Part shown: piece after piece, positions 9,913 to 19,223 of the stretch
How positions within the stretch are numbered: position 1 is the stretch's first letter
Layout of the letters: every line of letters begins with the position of its first letter
IMG/VR virus record: IMGVR_UViG_3300036713_000359
Span: 1-41,225 of that record
Strand: one strand, 5' to 3'
DNA length: 41,225 bases
Source: a virus
Taxonomy: Duplodnaviria; Caudoviricetes
Notes under the pieces: generated by a model
What the model was told of the DNA's origin: nothing
Seen by the model: the letters and a program-made list of their open reading frames with translations, nothing else
The model's database searches: none
Position numbers and translations under genes: made by a program

Positions 9913-10426
9913 AGCTTTAGGCGTTGGCTGGATTAAATATGCGGTTTTTTCAGTATTACTGATTGTGGTGGTTGCGGTTGTTTACAACTGGGATTCAGTC
10001 CGCATTGATGATGCCGAAAAAAAAGGCTTTGGCACGGCTGTTGTCAAAACAAATGAAGCGAGCAAGCAGTTAAATAAGGAGATATCTGAAGATGTTGAAA
10101 AAAACACTAAAAATACTGCTGGTCTTCCTGATACTGGGCTTAATAGCGAGCTGTTCAAATTCTCGCCCCGATATCAGCCAGCGCCAGATCGTAGTAAAAC
10201 CCTTATGTCCATCGGACATGATGCCCCTTATTATCCAGACCCAGGATATAGCGATTATACCAAGCCTGAGCAGAGAACTCAGGGAGTGGATGCTGAATAC
10301 CGAAAAAACACGGCAGATTTATATGAAATCATGCCAGAAATCTATATTACCCCGCTAGAAAAAACCGACTTTGAGTCGCCAAGTCAAATGACTCACGGGA
10401 ATAATCCGTGTATGGATTGTGAATAG
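9893..10426 (+). CDS. Rz-like inner-membrane spanin
   Basis: Single N-terminal TM helix followed by a helical region; contains an embedded lipoprotein ORF. Confidence 0.7.
   Translation: MQLSLDKALGVGWIKYAVFSVLLIVVVAVVYNWDSVRIDDAEKKGFGTAVVKTNEASKQLNKEISEDVEKNTKNTAGLPDTGLNSELFKFSPRYQPAPDRSKTLMSIGHDAPYYPDPGYSDYTKPEQRTQGVDAEYRKNTADLYEIMPEIYITPLEKTDFESPSQMTHGNNPCMDCE
10092..10358 (+). CDS. Rz1-like outer-membrane lipoprotein spanin, fully embedded in the +1 frame
   Basis: Basic N-terminus, hydrophobic core, lipobox LIAS-C, AAGGAG upstream, additional Cys residues. Confidence 0.75.
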   Translation: MLKKTLKILLVFLILGLIASCSNSRPDISQRQIVVKPLCPSDMMPLIIQTQDIAIIPSLSRELREWMLNTEKTRQIYMKSCQKSILPR

Positions 10427-10428
10427 TT

Positions 10429-10866
10429 GTGGACATGTTTTTAGCAAAAGTTCTGCTGTTTATACAGTCGAACTTTCCAGTACTTGGAGGGACACTTCTG
10501 CATCTTGCTGTTCTTAAAAAGAAAGGAAAACAGGAGGCTGGTTTGTTTGGCTGGCTGGTATTGATCATTATTTCACTATTGACCGGATTATTGATGCGCT
10601 ATATCACTGTAGGCTATTACGAATGGAAAGGCTTGCCGGAAAAAAAGGGGGTTATTGAAGCTGCCATGTTTATTGGTGGAATGATGGGGTTTACCGGCTT
10701 GATGTGGTTTAGCAGCAAGCTGCAAAGTGCCTGGGATACGGCTGTAAAAATCGTAGAAACAAAGTATTCGAAAAAAGGTCGTGATAACTCTTACATCAAT
10801 GATAATAACTATGGTTATCGCCCAAATGAAACCCATGAGATAGAACCCGATGAAAAGGAGCGATGA
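10429..10866 (+). CDS. Holin-like membrane protein
   Basis: Three hydrophobic segments and a charged C-terminal tail, in the lysis cluster. Confidence 0.6.
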   Translation: MDMFLAKVLLFIQSNFPVLGGTLLHLAVLKKKGKQEAGLFGWLVLIIISLLTGLLMRYITVGYYEWKGLPEKKGVIEAAMFIGGMMGFTGLMWFSSKLQSAWDTAVKIVETKYSKKGRDNSYINDNNYGYRPNETHEIEPDEKER

Positions 10867-11362
10867 AATGATGAAGGGTGTACCCTCACTGGTTGAGCTG
10901 ATGCGCTTTATTCTTTATTTGTTGGTTGCTGCTGCACTGCTCATGCTGTTTATATTGCCTATTATTGACTATGTCTCAAGCAAATATCCGACTATTAGTT
11001 ATTGGGTAGACTACGGACCTATTGACGTTGGAAGTGTTTACCCGGTCGGAGCAGAAAAAATAACAGTAGAGACATTTTCCAACTGGAAGCAGGACAATAT
11101 CTACACTACCTACTCCAGCGTGCTTTTCTGCATGTTTAGCGATGACAAATGGATTAAAGAGGATTTCTCAAAACCTTATTCAACAACTCGCAATAAAAAA
11201 AATAATACGGATAAGCCTGTAAGATGGAAATTGAGGATTAATTTGCCGCTTGAGCCTGCAAAATGTTATATCCGCCACTCGGTAACGATAAATACCCGTT
11301 ATGGTCCAAGGAATACCAAAGTAAATTCAAATGTATTTGACGTGGTTGAACTCATACAATAA
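10850..11362 (+). CDS. Membrane-anchored hypothetical protein
   Basis: N-terminal TM helix and beta-rich remainder. Confidence 0.6.
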   Translation: MKRSDEMMKGVPSLVELMRFILYLLVAAALLMLFILPIIDYVSSKYPTISYWVDYGPIDVGSVYPVGAEKITVETFSNWKQDNIYTTYSSVLFCMFSDDKWIKEDFSKPYSTTRNKKNNTDKPVRWKLRINLPLEPAKCYIRHSVTINTRYGPRNTKVNSNVFDVVELIQ

Positions 11363-11365
11363 CAC

Positions 11366-12103
11366 ATGGAGCTTATCACCCAAGGCGGTAAATACGGCAA
11401 CATTGACCTGACAGGTAAAGGCGCCTACCGTAATGATGACCGGGATATACTTTTAATCATTAACGCACCTGGCGAAACGGTGGAAATTGACTGTTTCAAG
11501 GGGCGTGACTGCTGGCTTCCTTTGTGGATTCGCAACGTGGGCAAGCTGGTGATCAATGACTACCAGGCAGACGCGTTCATGAATGATGGCCTGCATATCC
11601 GATCCAGCCATGTGCATATCAAGAAAGCGCGCATTTTCAGCGATATCAAGAAAGTCTACGGCCCTAAAAACCACCCGGATAATATCCAGATATTCACAGA
11701 TAAGCCGGGTGGCAGGATTGGCAATATCCAGATCGACCGGCTCACGATGTACAACCGCAACACGCCGGAACACATGGGTGTACACCTGACCGAGCGCGAT
11801 TATTACCATGATATCTACATCGGGGCTGATGGGCTTATCTACGATAGCGATGCCACCACACCCTACTGGTTTTCGGCGAATACGCTGGAAAATGCGATTA
11901 TCGGACACCCGGATATGTTTGTGAGTGACAAGGGAATACGGATACTGGATGTAAAAGACTCAGGCAAGCCAATTGATGGGGTTTACCTGATCGGGATGAA
12001 TAGGGAACTGATCAAATGCGCGCCGGGTTATATCGACAGCCGCATCCATCTCAACCAGTTCAGCCGCGCCGAATTGAAAGCGGTTGCTGATTTGACTAGA
12101 TAA
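11366..12103 (+). CDS. Putative right-handed beta-helix (pectin lyase-like) protein
   Basis: DGLHI, HPDNIQI and GNIQI repeats typical of parallel beta-helix rungs. Confidence 0.55.
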   Translation: MELITQGGKYGNIDLTGKGAYRNDDRDILLIINAPGETVEIDCFKGRDCWLPLWIRNVGKLVINDYQADAFMNDGLHIRSSHVHIKKARIFSDIKKVYGPKNHPDNIQIFTDKPGGRIGNIQIDRLTMYNRNTPEHMGVHLTERDYYHDIYIGADGLIYDSDATTPYWFSANTLENAIIGHPDMFVSDKGIRILDVKDSGKPIDGVYLIGMNRELIKCAPGYIDSRIHLNQFSRAELKAVADLTR

Positions 12104-12154
12104 CCAGGATAATTAATGGTATCAATGACACCCCCTAACTTTTAAGGCGTTTTT

Positions 12155-12439
12155 ATGAAATCGATCAAGCAACACAGCACCGCTACTGTATTATCCGAAA
12201 TTACAGGCGCGCTATTTTTTCTCGGCGGTTTTGGTGTGGCGGCCTACAGTTTTATTGAAAACCAGAATATCTTCATCGCCATCGGTATTATTACCGTGGG
12301 CTTGTTTCTGGCGCTGGTATTAAATTTAATGGTGGAGATATTGCAGTCTGTGTGGCGCGCCGAAGGCCATCTAGCCAAGGGCAACTATGATTACTGTTAC
12401 GTGAACAAATTGGGAGCTCAGGCCGATAATGTGGATTGA
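12155..12439 (+). CDS. Two-TM small membrane protein
   Basis: Two hydrophobic segments; TAAGG RBS. Confidence 0.65.
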   Translation: MKSIKQHSTATVLSEITGALFFLGGFGVAAYSFIENQNIFIAIGIITVGLFLALVLNLMVEILQSVWRAEGHLAKGNYDYCYVNKLGAQADNVD

Positions 12440-12447
12440 ATAGAACT

Positions 12448-12476
12448 TTCGCCATTTTTTCGCTTTATGCTACAAT
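12448..12476 (+). promoter_or_regulatory. Sigma70-like promoter
   Basis: TTCGCC-17 bp-TACAAT with extended -10 TG. Confidence 0.5.
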
Positions 12477-12545
12477 GCCAGACATAAAACGAGTCAGGCT
12501 ATAAGTAGTAAACGCTTTTTTATTGAAGCGCTTGCAAATACATAA

Positions 12546-12584
12546 GGCCCGCCACACAGGAAACTGTCTGGCGGGCTTTTTTTT
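12546..12584 (+). terminator. Intrinsic terminator
   Basis: GCCCGCCA...TGGCGGGC followed by T8. Confidence 0.85.
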
Positions 12585-12854
12585 GTTTTAAATTTCATGG
12601 TTGCCGCACTCCTTAAACGTTTTGCTGGTTGCCTGGTAGATCATAAAGTTTGTTCTGTTGATTATTGATGCCCAGGTCTTACATATCATCAAAATTTAAC
12701 GGGCTAGTGGCTAAACTGGGCGGCGTAATCTAAAACCAGTGAAAACAGGCTGATATCAGGACTTATTTTGATAAACAGCGGTAAAAACAAGCGCCGTACG
12801 CTGATAGAACAGGGTATAGCGCCACACAATTTAATTTCAGGTGCGTAGCAGAGC

Positions 12855-13451
12855 GTGATAAAAAGCGAAATTACGGTTTTATTGAAGGATAGTGTCGCCG
12901 GGGCAGGAAATGCAGGCGACCGGCTGGCTTCGGTTGATATTGAACAGGCGATTCGTGCGGGTTTACATGCACTGCAGAAATCACGCCCTTATTATGTAGA
13001 TGCTTCGATCACGCTGGTCGCGGACCAGGAACGCTATACCCCGCCGGATGATTTTGTGCAGCTTGATTTTTCTGCCTGGGGTACCGGCAAGCGCTCGTAT
13101 GACTATAACCTGGGGATCCGCCCGCATATCCTCTCCGTTTCCGGGACGATCCAGTTCACTCCCGCACCCACCGCCGAACAAATGGCGATCTGGGGTAGCA
13201 CGTTCAATTATATCTACCGCGCAAAACACGTACTGAATGAAACACCCGCAGAATGCACCCTGCAGGATGAAGATGAAGGCTTGCTATTACTGCGCGCCAG
13301 TGCCGAATTAATGCGGATACTGGCCAGCCGCAATGTGGTAGAGCCGGTACAGTTGCACAACGGCATCGGCAATGTGCCAACATCCGGAACGCCGGGTGTG
13401 ATGTATGAAAAGCTGATGGCTGAATACCGTCTGCAGGCGGCGAACCGATGA
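12855..13451 (+). CDS. Head-tail adaptor-like protein
   Basis: First gene of the neck cluster; ITLVADQERYTPPDDF motif. Confidence 0.6.
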   Translation: MIKSEITVLLKDSVAGAGNAGDRLASVDIEQAIRAGLHALQKSRPYYVDASITLVADQERYTPPDDFVQLDFSAWGTGKRSYDYNLGIRPHILSVSGTIQFTPAPTAEQMAIWGSTFNYIYRAKHVLNETPAECTLQDEDEGLLLLRASAELMRILASRNVVEPVQLHNGIGNVPTSGTPGVMYEKLMAEYRLQAANR

Positions 13452-13918
13452 AAGTCTCATTACGTTTAAAAGGTGATTTCAGCCGCATAAAACAGTTGCC
13501 TGGGCAGGTTAGCAAGGTTAATAACAGCGTGACGCACCGGCTGGCACTGCAAGCGCAGCGTGATATGAAGGATGGTGTGGCAAAAGCCACCAGTATTACT
13601 GCAAACAGTATCCAGATTAACAAAATCGGTGATGCACATTATTCGGTGGGTCCTACGGTCAAGCACGGTTTCTGGCTTGAATTTGGCCGTTCACCCGGTA
13701 AAGCACCGCCTAAAAACGCCATTCTGGACTGGATGAAAGTAAAAGGGATACGGGTCCCAGCGGATAAACAGGATGCCGTGGCTTTTTTGATTGGGCGCAA
13801 GATTGCGAAAAAAGGCACCAAGCCACAACCGTTTGTGTCACCCGTAGCGCGGGATAAAAAGTGGCAGATGCGCTATCACGCATTAATCCAGAAAGAAATG
13901 GATAAGGTGCTGGCATGA
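13448..13918 (+). CDS. HK97 gp10-like neck/tail completion protein
   Basis: WLEFGR and GTKPQPF motifs; basic protein. Confidence 0.8.
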   Translation: MKVSLRLKGDFSRIKQLPGQVSKVNNSVTHRLALQAQRDMKDGVAKATSITANSIQINKIGDAHYSVGPTVKHGFWLEFGRSPGKAPPKNAILDWMKVKGIRVPADKQDAVAFLIGRKIAKKGTKPQPFVSPVARDKKWQMRYHALIQKEMDKVLA

Positions 13919-14340
13919 GTTTATTCATGCTGGAGTCGGTCAATTCGCTGTATGACTATTTTGATGATGACGTTACCTTTACCGCTGAAACCCTGCTGGG
14001 GTTTGGTGGTGAAATACCGCGCAAAACACATATCAGGGTGTGCTGGGGTGATGGTTCACTGGAAGAAGGCAGCGGCGAGTTTGATTCGAACCAGGGCATT
14101 TATATTGAAGGCTGGGTGTTTGATGATGACGGCAATGCGCGTTATGCCGCCTACCAGGCTTTATCGACGTTATTGCGCGCGGTGATTAAACGCCTTTATT
14201 TATGGCGCGATGCGCACCCGGAGCTGGATCTGGACATCAGCGTGTTAAACCATGCAGATGCTTTTGCACCGTTATATGGTTTCCAGATTAACGCAAACAC
14301 GAGCAGCAATCATATTTGCAGGGTGATTGATGCGTTATAA
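13915..14340 (+). CDS. Tail terminator-like protein
   Basis: Acidic 141-aa protein between the gp10-like and tube genes. Confidence 0.55.
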   Translation: MSLFMLESVNSLYDYFDDDVTFTAETLLGFGGEIPRKTHIRVCWGDGSLEEGSGEFDSNQGIYIEGWVFDDDGNARYAAYQALSTLLRAVIKRLYLWRDAHPELDLDISVLNHADAFAPLYGFQINANTSSNHICRVIDAL

Positions 14341-14357
14341 CAAAGAGGATTTTAACC

Positions 14358-14537
14358 ATGGCGGAAAATAAAGGTGGTGCCTACCGCATTGATGAAGATG
14401 GAAACACGGTCGCCGATGGTGTTGCGACACAACCCGCTGACGGCTTGCCAAAGCTGGACAGCCAAGCAGTGGCGGTGAAAACGGCCAAAGAAAAAACACC
14501 GCCCGCTAAACCGACAGCATCCAAGAAAGGAAAATAA
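14358..14537 (+). CDS. 59-aa hypothetical protein (not in the ORF track)
   Basis: GAGGA RBS, MAENKGGAYRIDEDG...SKKGK, stops 2 bp before the tube start. Confidence 0.7.
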   Translation: MAENKGGAYRIDEDGNTVADGVATQPADGLPKLDSQAVAVKTAKEKTPPAKPTASKKGK

Positions 14538-14539
14538 TC

Positions 14540-15463
14540 ATGACACCCTTAAAAATACGCAAGACGGTTATCCAAACCGCGATTGAAACCACTTATGGTA
14601 CTTATGTCCCCCCCAGCGATGTGATGTTTGCAGAAAACATTAATATTGAACCGTTGCAGGGGTCGCGCATTGTTGATGATGTGATGTGCGCCAAACTCGG
14701 CGCAAGGCCATCCGTTATGGGTGGCGAATACGTTGCCATCAGTTTCGATTTTGCCTTCCGCGGCGGTGGTGCATTAGGTACCAAGCCGAATTACGACACC
14801 ATCATGCGCGCCGGGTGCAGATCCAGCACGGTATCTGCCGGGGTTTCTGTGACTTATGCACTGGTTTCAGATGCTTTCGAATCGATGAGCCTGGCTATCT
14901 ATTACGACGGAAACCTGCACAAGGTGTCCGGCTGCCGTGGTGCCATCTCGCATTCCGGTACCGCTGGCGATAAAGCCAAGTTTACCTTTAGCGGATTGGG
15001 GCTTTATATCGCACCGGAAGCAGCCACCGCACCGACGCTGGACTGTGCCGGATTGCTCACCACGCCGCCACTGGTGGTTGATGCGGATGGTGCCTTTACG
15101 GTGTTTGGTTTAACCCCTCCTTTGCAGTCCTGGGCGGTGTCTTTCGGCGCAGCCGCAGAATATGAAGAAACCATTAACCAGCAGGAAGTGGTGCTGGATG
15201 ACCGGAATATGACGTCAAAACTGCAATTCAAAGCCAATAAACTGGATGAATATGATTTTTTCGCGGATGTACTGGCGAGCGCGTCGGGTGTGGTGAATAT
15301 CACCATCGGCGCAACGGCGGGGCATATTGTGGAAATACAGCACCCCATTATGCAGCTCACCAATATCGCGTATACCGAACGCAAGAGCCATTATGATTAT
15401 GTGCTGGATGGTTCACTGTTGCCGGGTGTGGGTGATTTGGATGAGACCATCATCGTCCGATAA
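14540..15463 (+). CDS. Major tail tube protein
   Basis: IETTYGT N-terminal motif, DGNLHKVSGCRG, beta-rich; precedes the chaperones and tape measure. Confidence 0.85.
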   Translation: MTPLKIRKTVIQTAIETTYGTYVPPSDVMFAENINIEPLQGSRIVDDVMCAKLGARPSVMGGEYVAISFDFAFRGGGALGTKPNYDTIMRAGCRSSTVSAGVSVTYALVSDAFESMSLAIYYDGNLHKVSGCRGAISHSGTAGDKAKFTFSGLGLYIAPEAATAPTLDCAGLLTTPPLVVDADGAFTVFGLTPPLQSWAVSFGAAAEYEETINQQEVVLDDRNMTSKLQFKANKLDEYDFFADVLASASGVVNITIGATAGHIVEIQHPIMQLTNIAYTERKSHYDYVLDGSLLPGVGDLDETIIVR

Positions 15464-15605
15464 TATGAGTGCTTACCTTATGCCCAATCTCTGCGTTGCT
15501 GTTTCGTACTCGAATGATCACATATTTCAATATGCTCACATTCTCTGTGCGAAACGCGACTTGATCTTGAACATAATCTAAACACTCAATGAGGAAATAA
15601 ATATT

Positions 15606-15869
15606 ATGGATTTTTCAAAAGCATTGAAAAAAATTAAAGAAGGCCAGAAAGTACAACGGGCAGGATGGAATGGGAAAGGTATGTTTATTTTTCTGGTTGC
15701 AGGATCAACTTTTAAAGTTAATAGACCACCATTATTAGGCATCTATCCAGAAAATACTGAGATTAATTATCATGGTCATATAGACATGAAAACTGCTGAT
15801 AATATGGTTGTACCCTGGCTTGCTTCACAAACTGACGTACTAGCAGATGACTGGCAGGTATTAGACTAA
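15606..15869 (+). CDS. tad2: DUF2829 family protein (Tad2-like anti-defence sponge)
   Basis: MDFSKAL...RAGWNGKGMF...PWLASQTDVLADDW family signature. Confidence 0.8.
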   Translation: MDFSKALKKIKEGQKVQRAGWNGKGMFIFLVAGSTFKVNRPPLLGIYPENTEINYHGHIDMKTADNMVVPWLASQTDVLADDWQVLD

Positions 15870-16238
15870 ATGGCACAATTCAAAACATCGCGCAAGTTCA
15901 GGCATGAATTTGTACTGAGATGGAAAGAAGGCAACAAAACCAACGAAGAAGACTGCTGGGCGGTGTTCAATATGCTGCCCACCAATGAGATCGAGGAAAA
16001 GTTTGCAACGGCGCTGAAGTTGGCTAAAAACAAAACCGCGAACCAGGCTTTGCTGAGTGTGCTGGTGGATGATTTTGGCGGTTTAGAGATGGTTGATAGC
16101 AAAGGTAAGGAACTGGCGGCAGAACACCGGCTGGCGGCGGCGATCCTTGACCCTGTAATCAGTTCGACCTTGCTGGTTGAATGGAACCAGGGACGTGCCG
16201 GGATCGGTAGCGAGGGAAATTCCTCACCCAAAACCTGA
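15870..16238 (+). CDS. Tail assembly chaperone (gpG-like)
   Basis: Lies between tube and tape measure; in-frame slippery site near the 3' end. Confidence 0.75.
   Translation: MAQFKTSRKFRHEFVLRWKEGNKTNEEDCWAVFNMLPTNEIEEKFATALKLAKNKTANQALLSVLVDDFGGLEMVDSKGKELAAEHRLAAAILDPVISSTLLVEWNQGRAGIGSEGNSSPKT
16214..16220 (+). other. Programmed -1 frameshift heptamer G GGA AAT
   Basis: X XXY YYZ in the gpG frame; the -1 frame is open into 16247-16597. Confidence 0.85.
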
Positions 16239-16246
16239 AGGGCGCG

Positions 16247-16597
16247 GTGGGGTTTTGGGTCAAGCACTATGCCCGCGAAGATAACGAAGAAGATGAACGC
16301 AAGGCATTGCGTAAATCGTTGCAGCAAAATGGCAGCAGCCGCGCCGAGATAGACGCAATCATGGCATCGGAATACGGAACGCCTGGCAGCGATGACGTAT
16401 TTGAAGTGCTGGAACAGAACAGCAAAGCCTGGGGCGCTTACCTGAATGTATGCAGCGAGTGGGAACGCACAGAAAGCGGGCCGAAACTGAACAAACTGGC
16501 GGTGGGTGAGATTATCAACCGGCTGCAACTGGATATCGGCAAGGATGATTACCATAAAATCCTGCTGATTGAACAATTAGTGATTAAAGAGCTGTAA
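16247..16597 (+). CDS. Tail assembly chaperone, gpT-like frameshifted extension
   Basis: FEVLEQN..AW...CSEW pattern; reached by the -1 slip. Confidence 0.75.
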   Translation: MGFWVKHYAREDNEEDERKALRKSLQQNGSSRAEIDAIMASEYGTPGSDDVFEVLEQNSKAWGAYLNVCSEWERTESGPKLNKLAVGEIINRLQLDIGKDDYHKILLIEQLVIKEL

Positions 16598-16599
16598 AC

Positions 16600-18855
16600 A
16601 TGCCCAAAAAGTACACTGTTGAATTTGAACTGAAAGGCAATGGCACAGATGCCGAAAAAGCCATTAAAGGTGTGTCTGGCGAAGTCGATAAACTCGACAA
16701 AAGTGCAAAAACAGCCGCAAAAGGCGGGCTTAAAGACGCAGACAAGGCGGGTGGTTCACTCACTAAAACATTTACCAGTTTAAAAACACCGATTACCGCA
16801 GCGATTACCGCGCTGGTGGGCCTCGGTTCACTCAATGGCATCCGTTTGCTGGCTAAAGATGCGCGTGACCTTGACAATGCCGCCCAATCACTGGGAATCG
16901 GGGTGAATACACTCAGCCAGTACCAGTACGCCTTCCAGCAGCTCAATATAGACGGTTCAAAAACCGTGGATATGTTCAAGGATATCAATGAGCGCGTGGG
17001 TGAATTTGCGAATACCGGCGGTGGTGAACTGGCAGATATCATCAAGCGCACCAACCTCAATATCCGCGAGCTGGTCACACTCAGCCCGGACCAGCAATTA
17101 CTCAAAATATACGACGCGCTGGAAAAGATCGACGGTATCACACAGTCCGAAATAACCGCTTACCTTGAACAACTGGTGAGCGATGCGGCTATCTTACAGC
17201 CCCTGTTAGCGAATGGCGCCGCCGAACTGAAACGCTTTGCGGCAGAAGGCGAGGCGCTGGGGGTAACGCTGGATGCGATTGAGGTGGAAAAACTCAGGCA
17301 GGCCGATGAAGAGATCCGCAAGCTGAGTGCAAGCTGGTCTGGTTTGAGTAATGATCTTAGTATTGCTTTTATCCCCATATTGACCGATGTATTAGGTTTG
17401 ATTGGCGATAGCGCAAGAGAGATGATCAACCTTAAAAATAATATAGCGGATACTAATCAAGTTACACAGACGGCTGGTGAAACTAATGATTTTCTGGCGC
17501 AGGCCATGAAACGCACAGAGCAGGCGGCTTATGACTATATCGGTGCATCAAAAGAACAACGGGCAGAAAAAAGGGCATCAATAAAAGCGGATATTGCCAA
17601 GGTGAACAGCCTGATCGATGAACAAAAAGCGACTTTAAGACTGGCTGAAATTCAGGTGGCAGGCGCACAAGCCAGGAAATTACTCAGCTTTGACCCTTTG
17701 TCCCGATTCATTGCAAGCCTGCAAGGGAAGCACTATGAGGGTGAAATCAATGGAATTTCAACAGCGATAGCTGAATTAAACAAACAAAAATTAAGATTTG
17801 AAGATATTGAAGGGAACCTGGGAAATACAGCCAAACTGCCATCGAGAACCACTGCAACGGGACTCACTTATGGGCAGAAAACAGCGGCAGCCAAAACCAG
17901 CGCGCAGAAAACGGCTTTAAAAGGACTCACCGAAGCGCGCAAAGCCGATACACAGGCCGTTAAGGATGCGCAAAAAGCACAGGACGAACTGAACCAGCAG
18001 GCGCAACTGGTCACGGATACCTGGATGGCGCATACCGCCGAGCTGGAACGCGAACGCTTTGTGCTGGGTAAAACGACCGATGAAATCTATGCCTATGACC
18101 TGGCACAGGAAACAGTCGGTAAAAGCAAAGCGAAATGGACGGAAGAAGAAATTCGCTGGCTGGTAGAGTTCAGGAAAGGCACCACAGCGCGCATCAAGGC
18201 AAACGAAGAGCAGGCCAAAGCACAAGACCTGCTGAACCAGAAAACAGAAGATTCAATACGCTTACAACATGAGTTTACCGATATCATCGACAATGAATTA
18301 AGCAGCTCATTATCGCGCCTGGTAAATACCGGGGTGCCGTTGCTGGATAAACTGATTGATAAGTTTATCGAGGCCGCGATTCAGGGACGCGACCTTTCTT
18401 CTATTTTAGGCGGTGGATTTGGCGGCGGTGGCGGAATTGGCGGGTTTATTTCCAGCCTGTTTGGCGGTGGTAGTTCATACAGCCCGATTAATGCAGCCGG
18501 ATCGACTAGCGGGTTTAATCTGAACCTTCCCACATTTGCGGATGGTGGCTACCACTCCGGCGGATTGCGCATTGTGGGTGAGAATGGCCCGGAGCTTGAA
18601 TATACCGGACCCAGCCAGATTCTAAACAATGCCAGTACCAGTAAACTATTAAACACTGGCTCAAACGGTAGTGGCGTATCCCTGAAAGTAGAAACACACT
18701 TACATGAAGACGCGAGCAAAGCGGGGCAGGTGCAACAGCGTAGCGGGGCAGATGGCAAGCAGATCATTGACGTGTTTGTATCCAATATCCGCAGCGGTGG
18801 TGCTGCAGCCAGTGCGCTGGAAAGTTCCTACCTGTTAAAACGGCAGGGACGCTGA
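16600..18855 (+). CDS. Tape measure protein
   Basis: 751 aa, Ala-rich and helical, with C-terminal FADGG...VGENGPE. Confidence 0.92.
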   Translation: MPKKYTVEFELKGNGTDAEKAIKGVSGEVDKLDKSAKTAAKGGLKDADKAGGSLTKTFTSLKTPITAAITALVGLGSLNGIRLLAKDARDLDNAAQSLGIGVNTLSQYQYAFQQLNIDGSKTVDMFKDINERVGEFANTGGGELADIIKRTNLNIRELVTLSPDQQLLKIYDALEKIDGITQSEITAYLEQLVSDAAILQPLLANGAAELKRFAAEGEALGVTLDAIEVEKLRQADEEIRKLSASWSGLSNDLSIAFIPILTDVLGLIGDSAREMINLKNNIADTNQVTQTAGETNDFLAQAMKRTEQAAYDYIGASKEQRAEKRASIKADIAKVNSLIDEQKATLRLAEIQVAGAQARKLLSFDPLSRFIASLQGKHYEGEINGISTAIAELNKQKLRFEDIEGNLGNTAKLPSRTTATGLTYGQKTAAAKTSAQKTALKGLTEARKADTQAVKDAQKAQDELNQQAQLVTDTWMAHTAELERERFVLGKTTDEIYAYDLAQETVGKSKAKWTEEEIRWLVEFRKGTTARIKANEEQAKAQDLLNQKTEDSIRLQHEFTDIIDNELSSSLSRLVNTGVPLLDKLIDKFIEAAIQGRDLSSILGGGFGGGGGIGGFISSLFGGGSSYSPINAAGSTSGFNLNLPTFADGGYHSGGLRIVGENGPELEYTGPSQILNNASTSKLLNTGSNGSGVSLKVETHLHEDASKAGQVQQRSGADGKQIIDVFVSNIRSGGAAASALESSYLLKRQGR

Positions 18856-19223
18856 TGATTACCACGGCCATCGATTACCCTTCCATCCTGCCGAGTTTCC
18901 GCAAAAACTATGCGCTAAAAAAAGGCAACAACATCAGCCGCACGGTGTTCAAAAGCGGTTTTGCGCGAAGTCGCAAGCGCTTTGCGGATAATCCGTCAGT
19001 TTTCTCGCTGGAATTAAAACTGGATGATGCGGAATTATCGGTATTTGAAGCCTGGCGCCACTGGACCCTGGGTGATGTGGGCTGGTTTAACGCACAACTG
19101 AAAAACGGCGTGGCGCTGGAATCGTGGGTCTGCCGTTTTATCTCCATCGATGAACCCAAAAACAATATAACCGGATCGCAAAAATGGCTGATCAATTTTG
19201 ATGTGATGGGGTTTAAATCATGA
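18855..19223 (+). CDS. Distal tail protein-like (copy A)
   Basis: Follows the tape measure; YP..LP, RSRKRF and GWF motifs. Confidence 0.7.
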   Translation: MITTAIDYPSILPSFRKNYALKKGNNISRTVFKSGFARSRKRFADNPSVFSLELKLDDAELSVFEAWRHWTLGDVGWFNAQLKNGVALESWVCRFISIDEPKNNITGSQKWLINFDVMGFKS

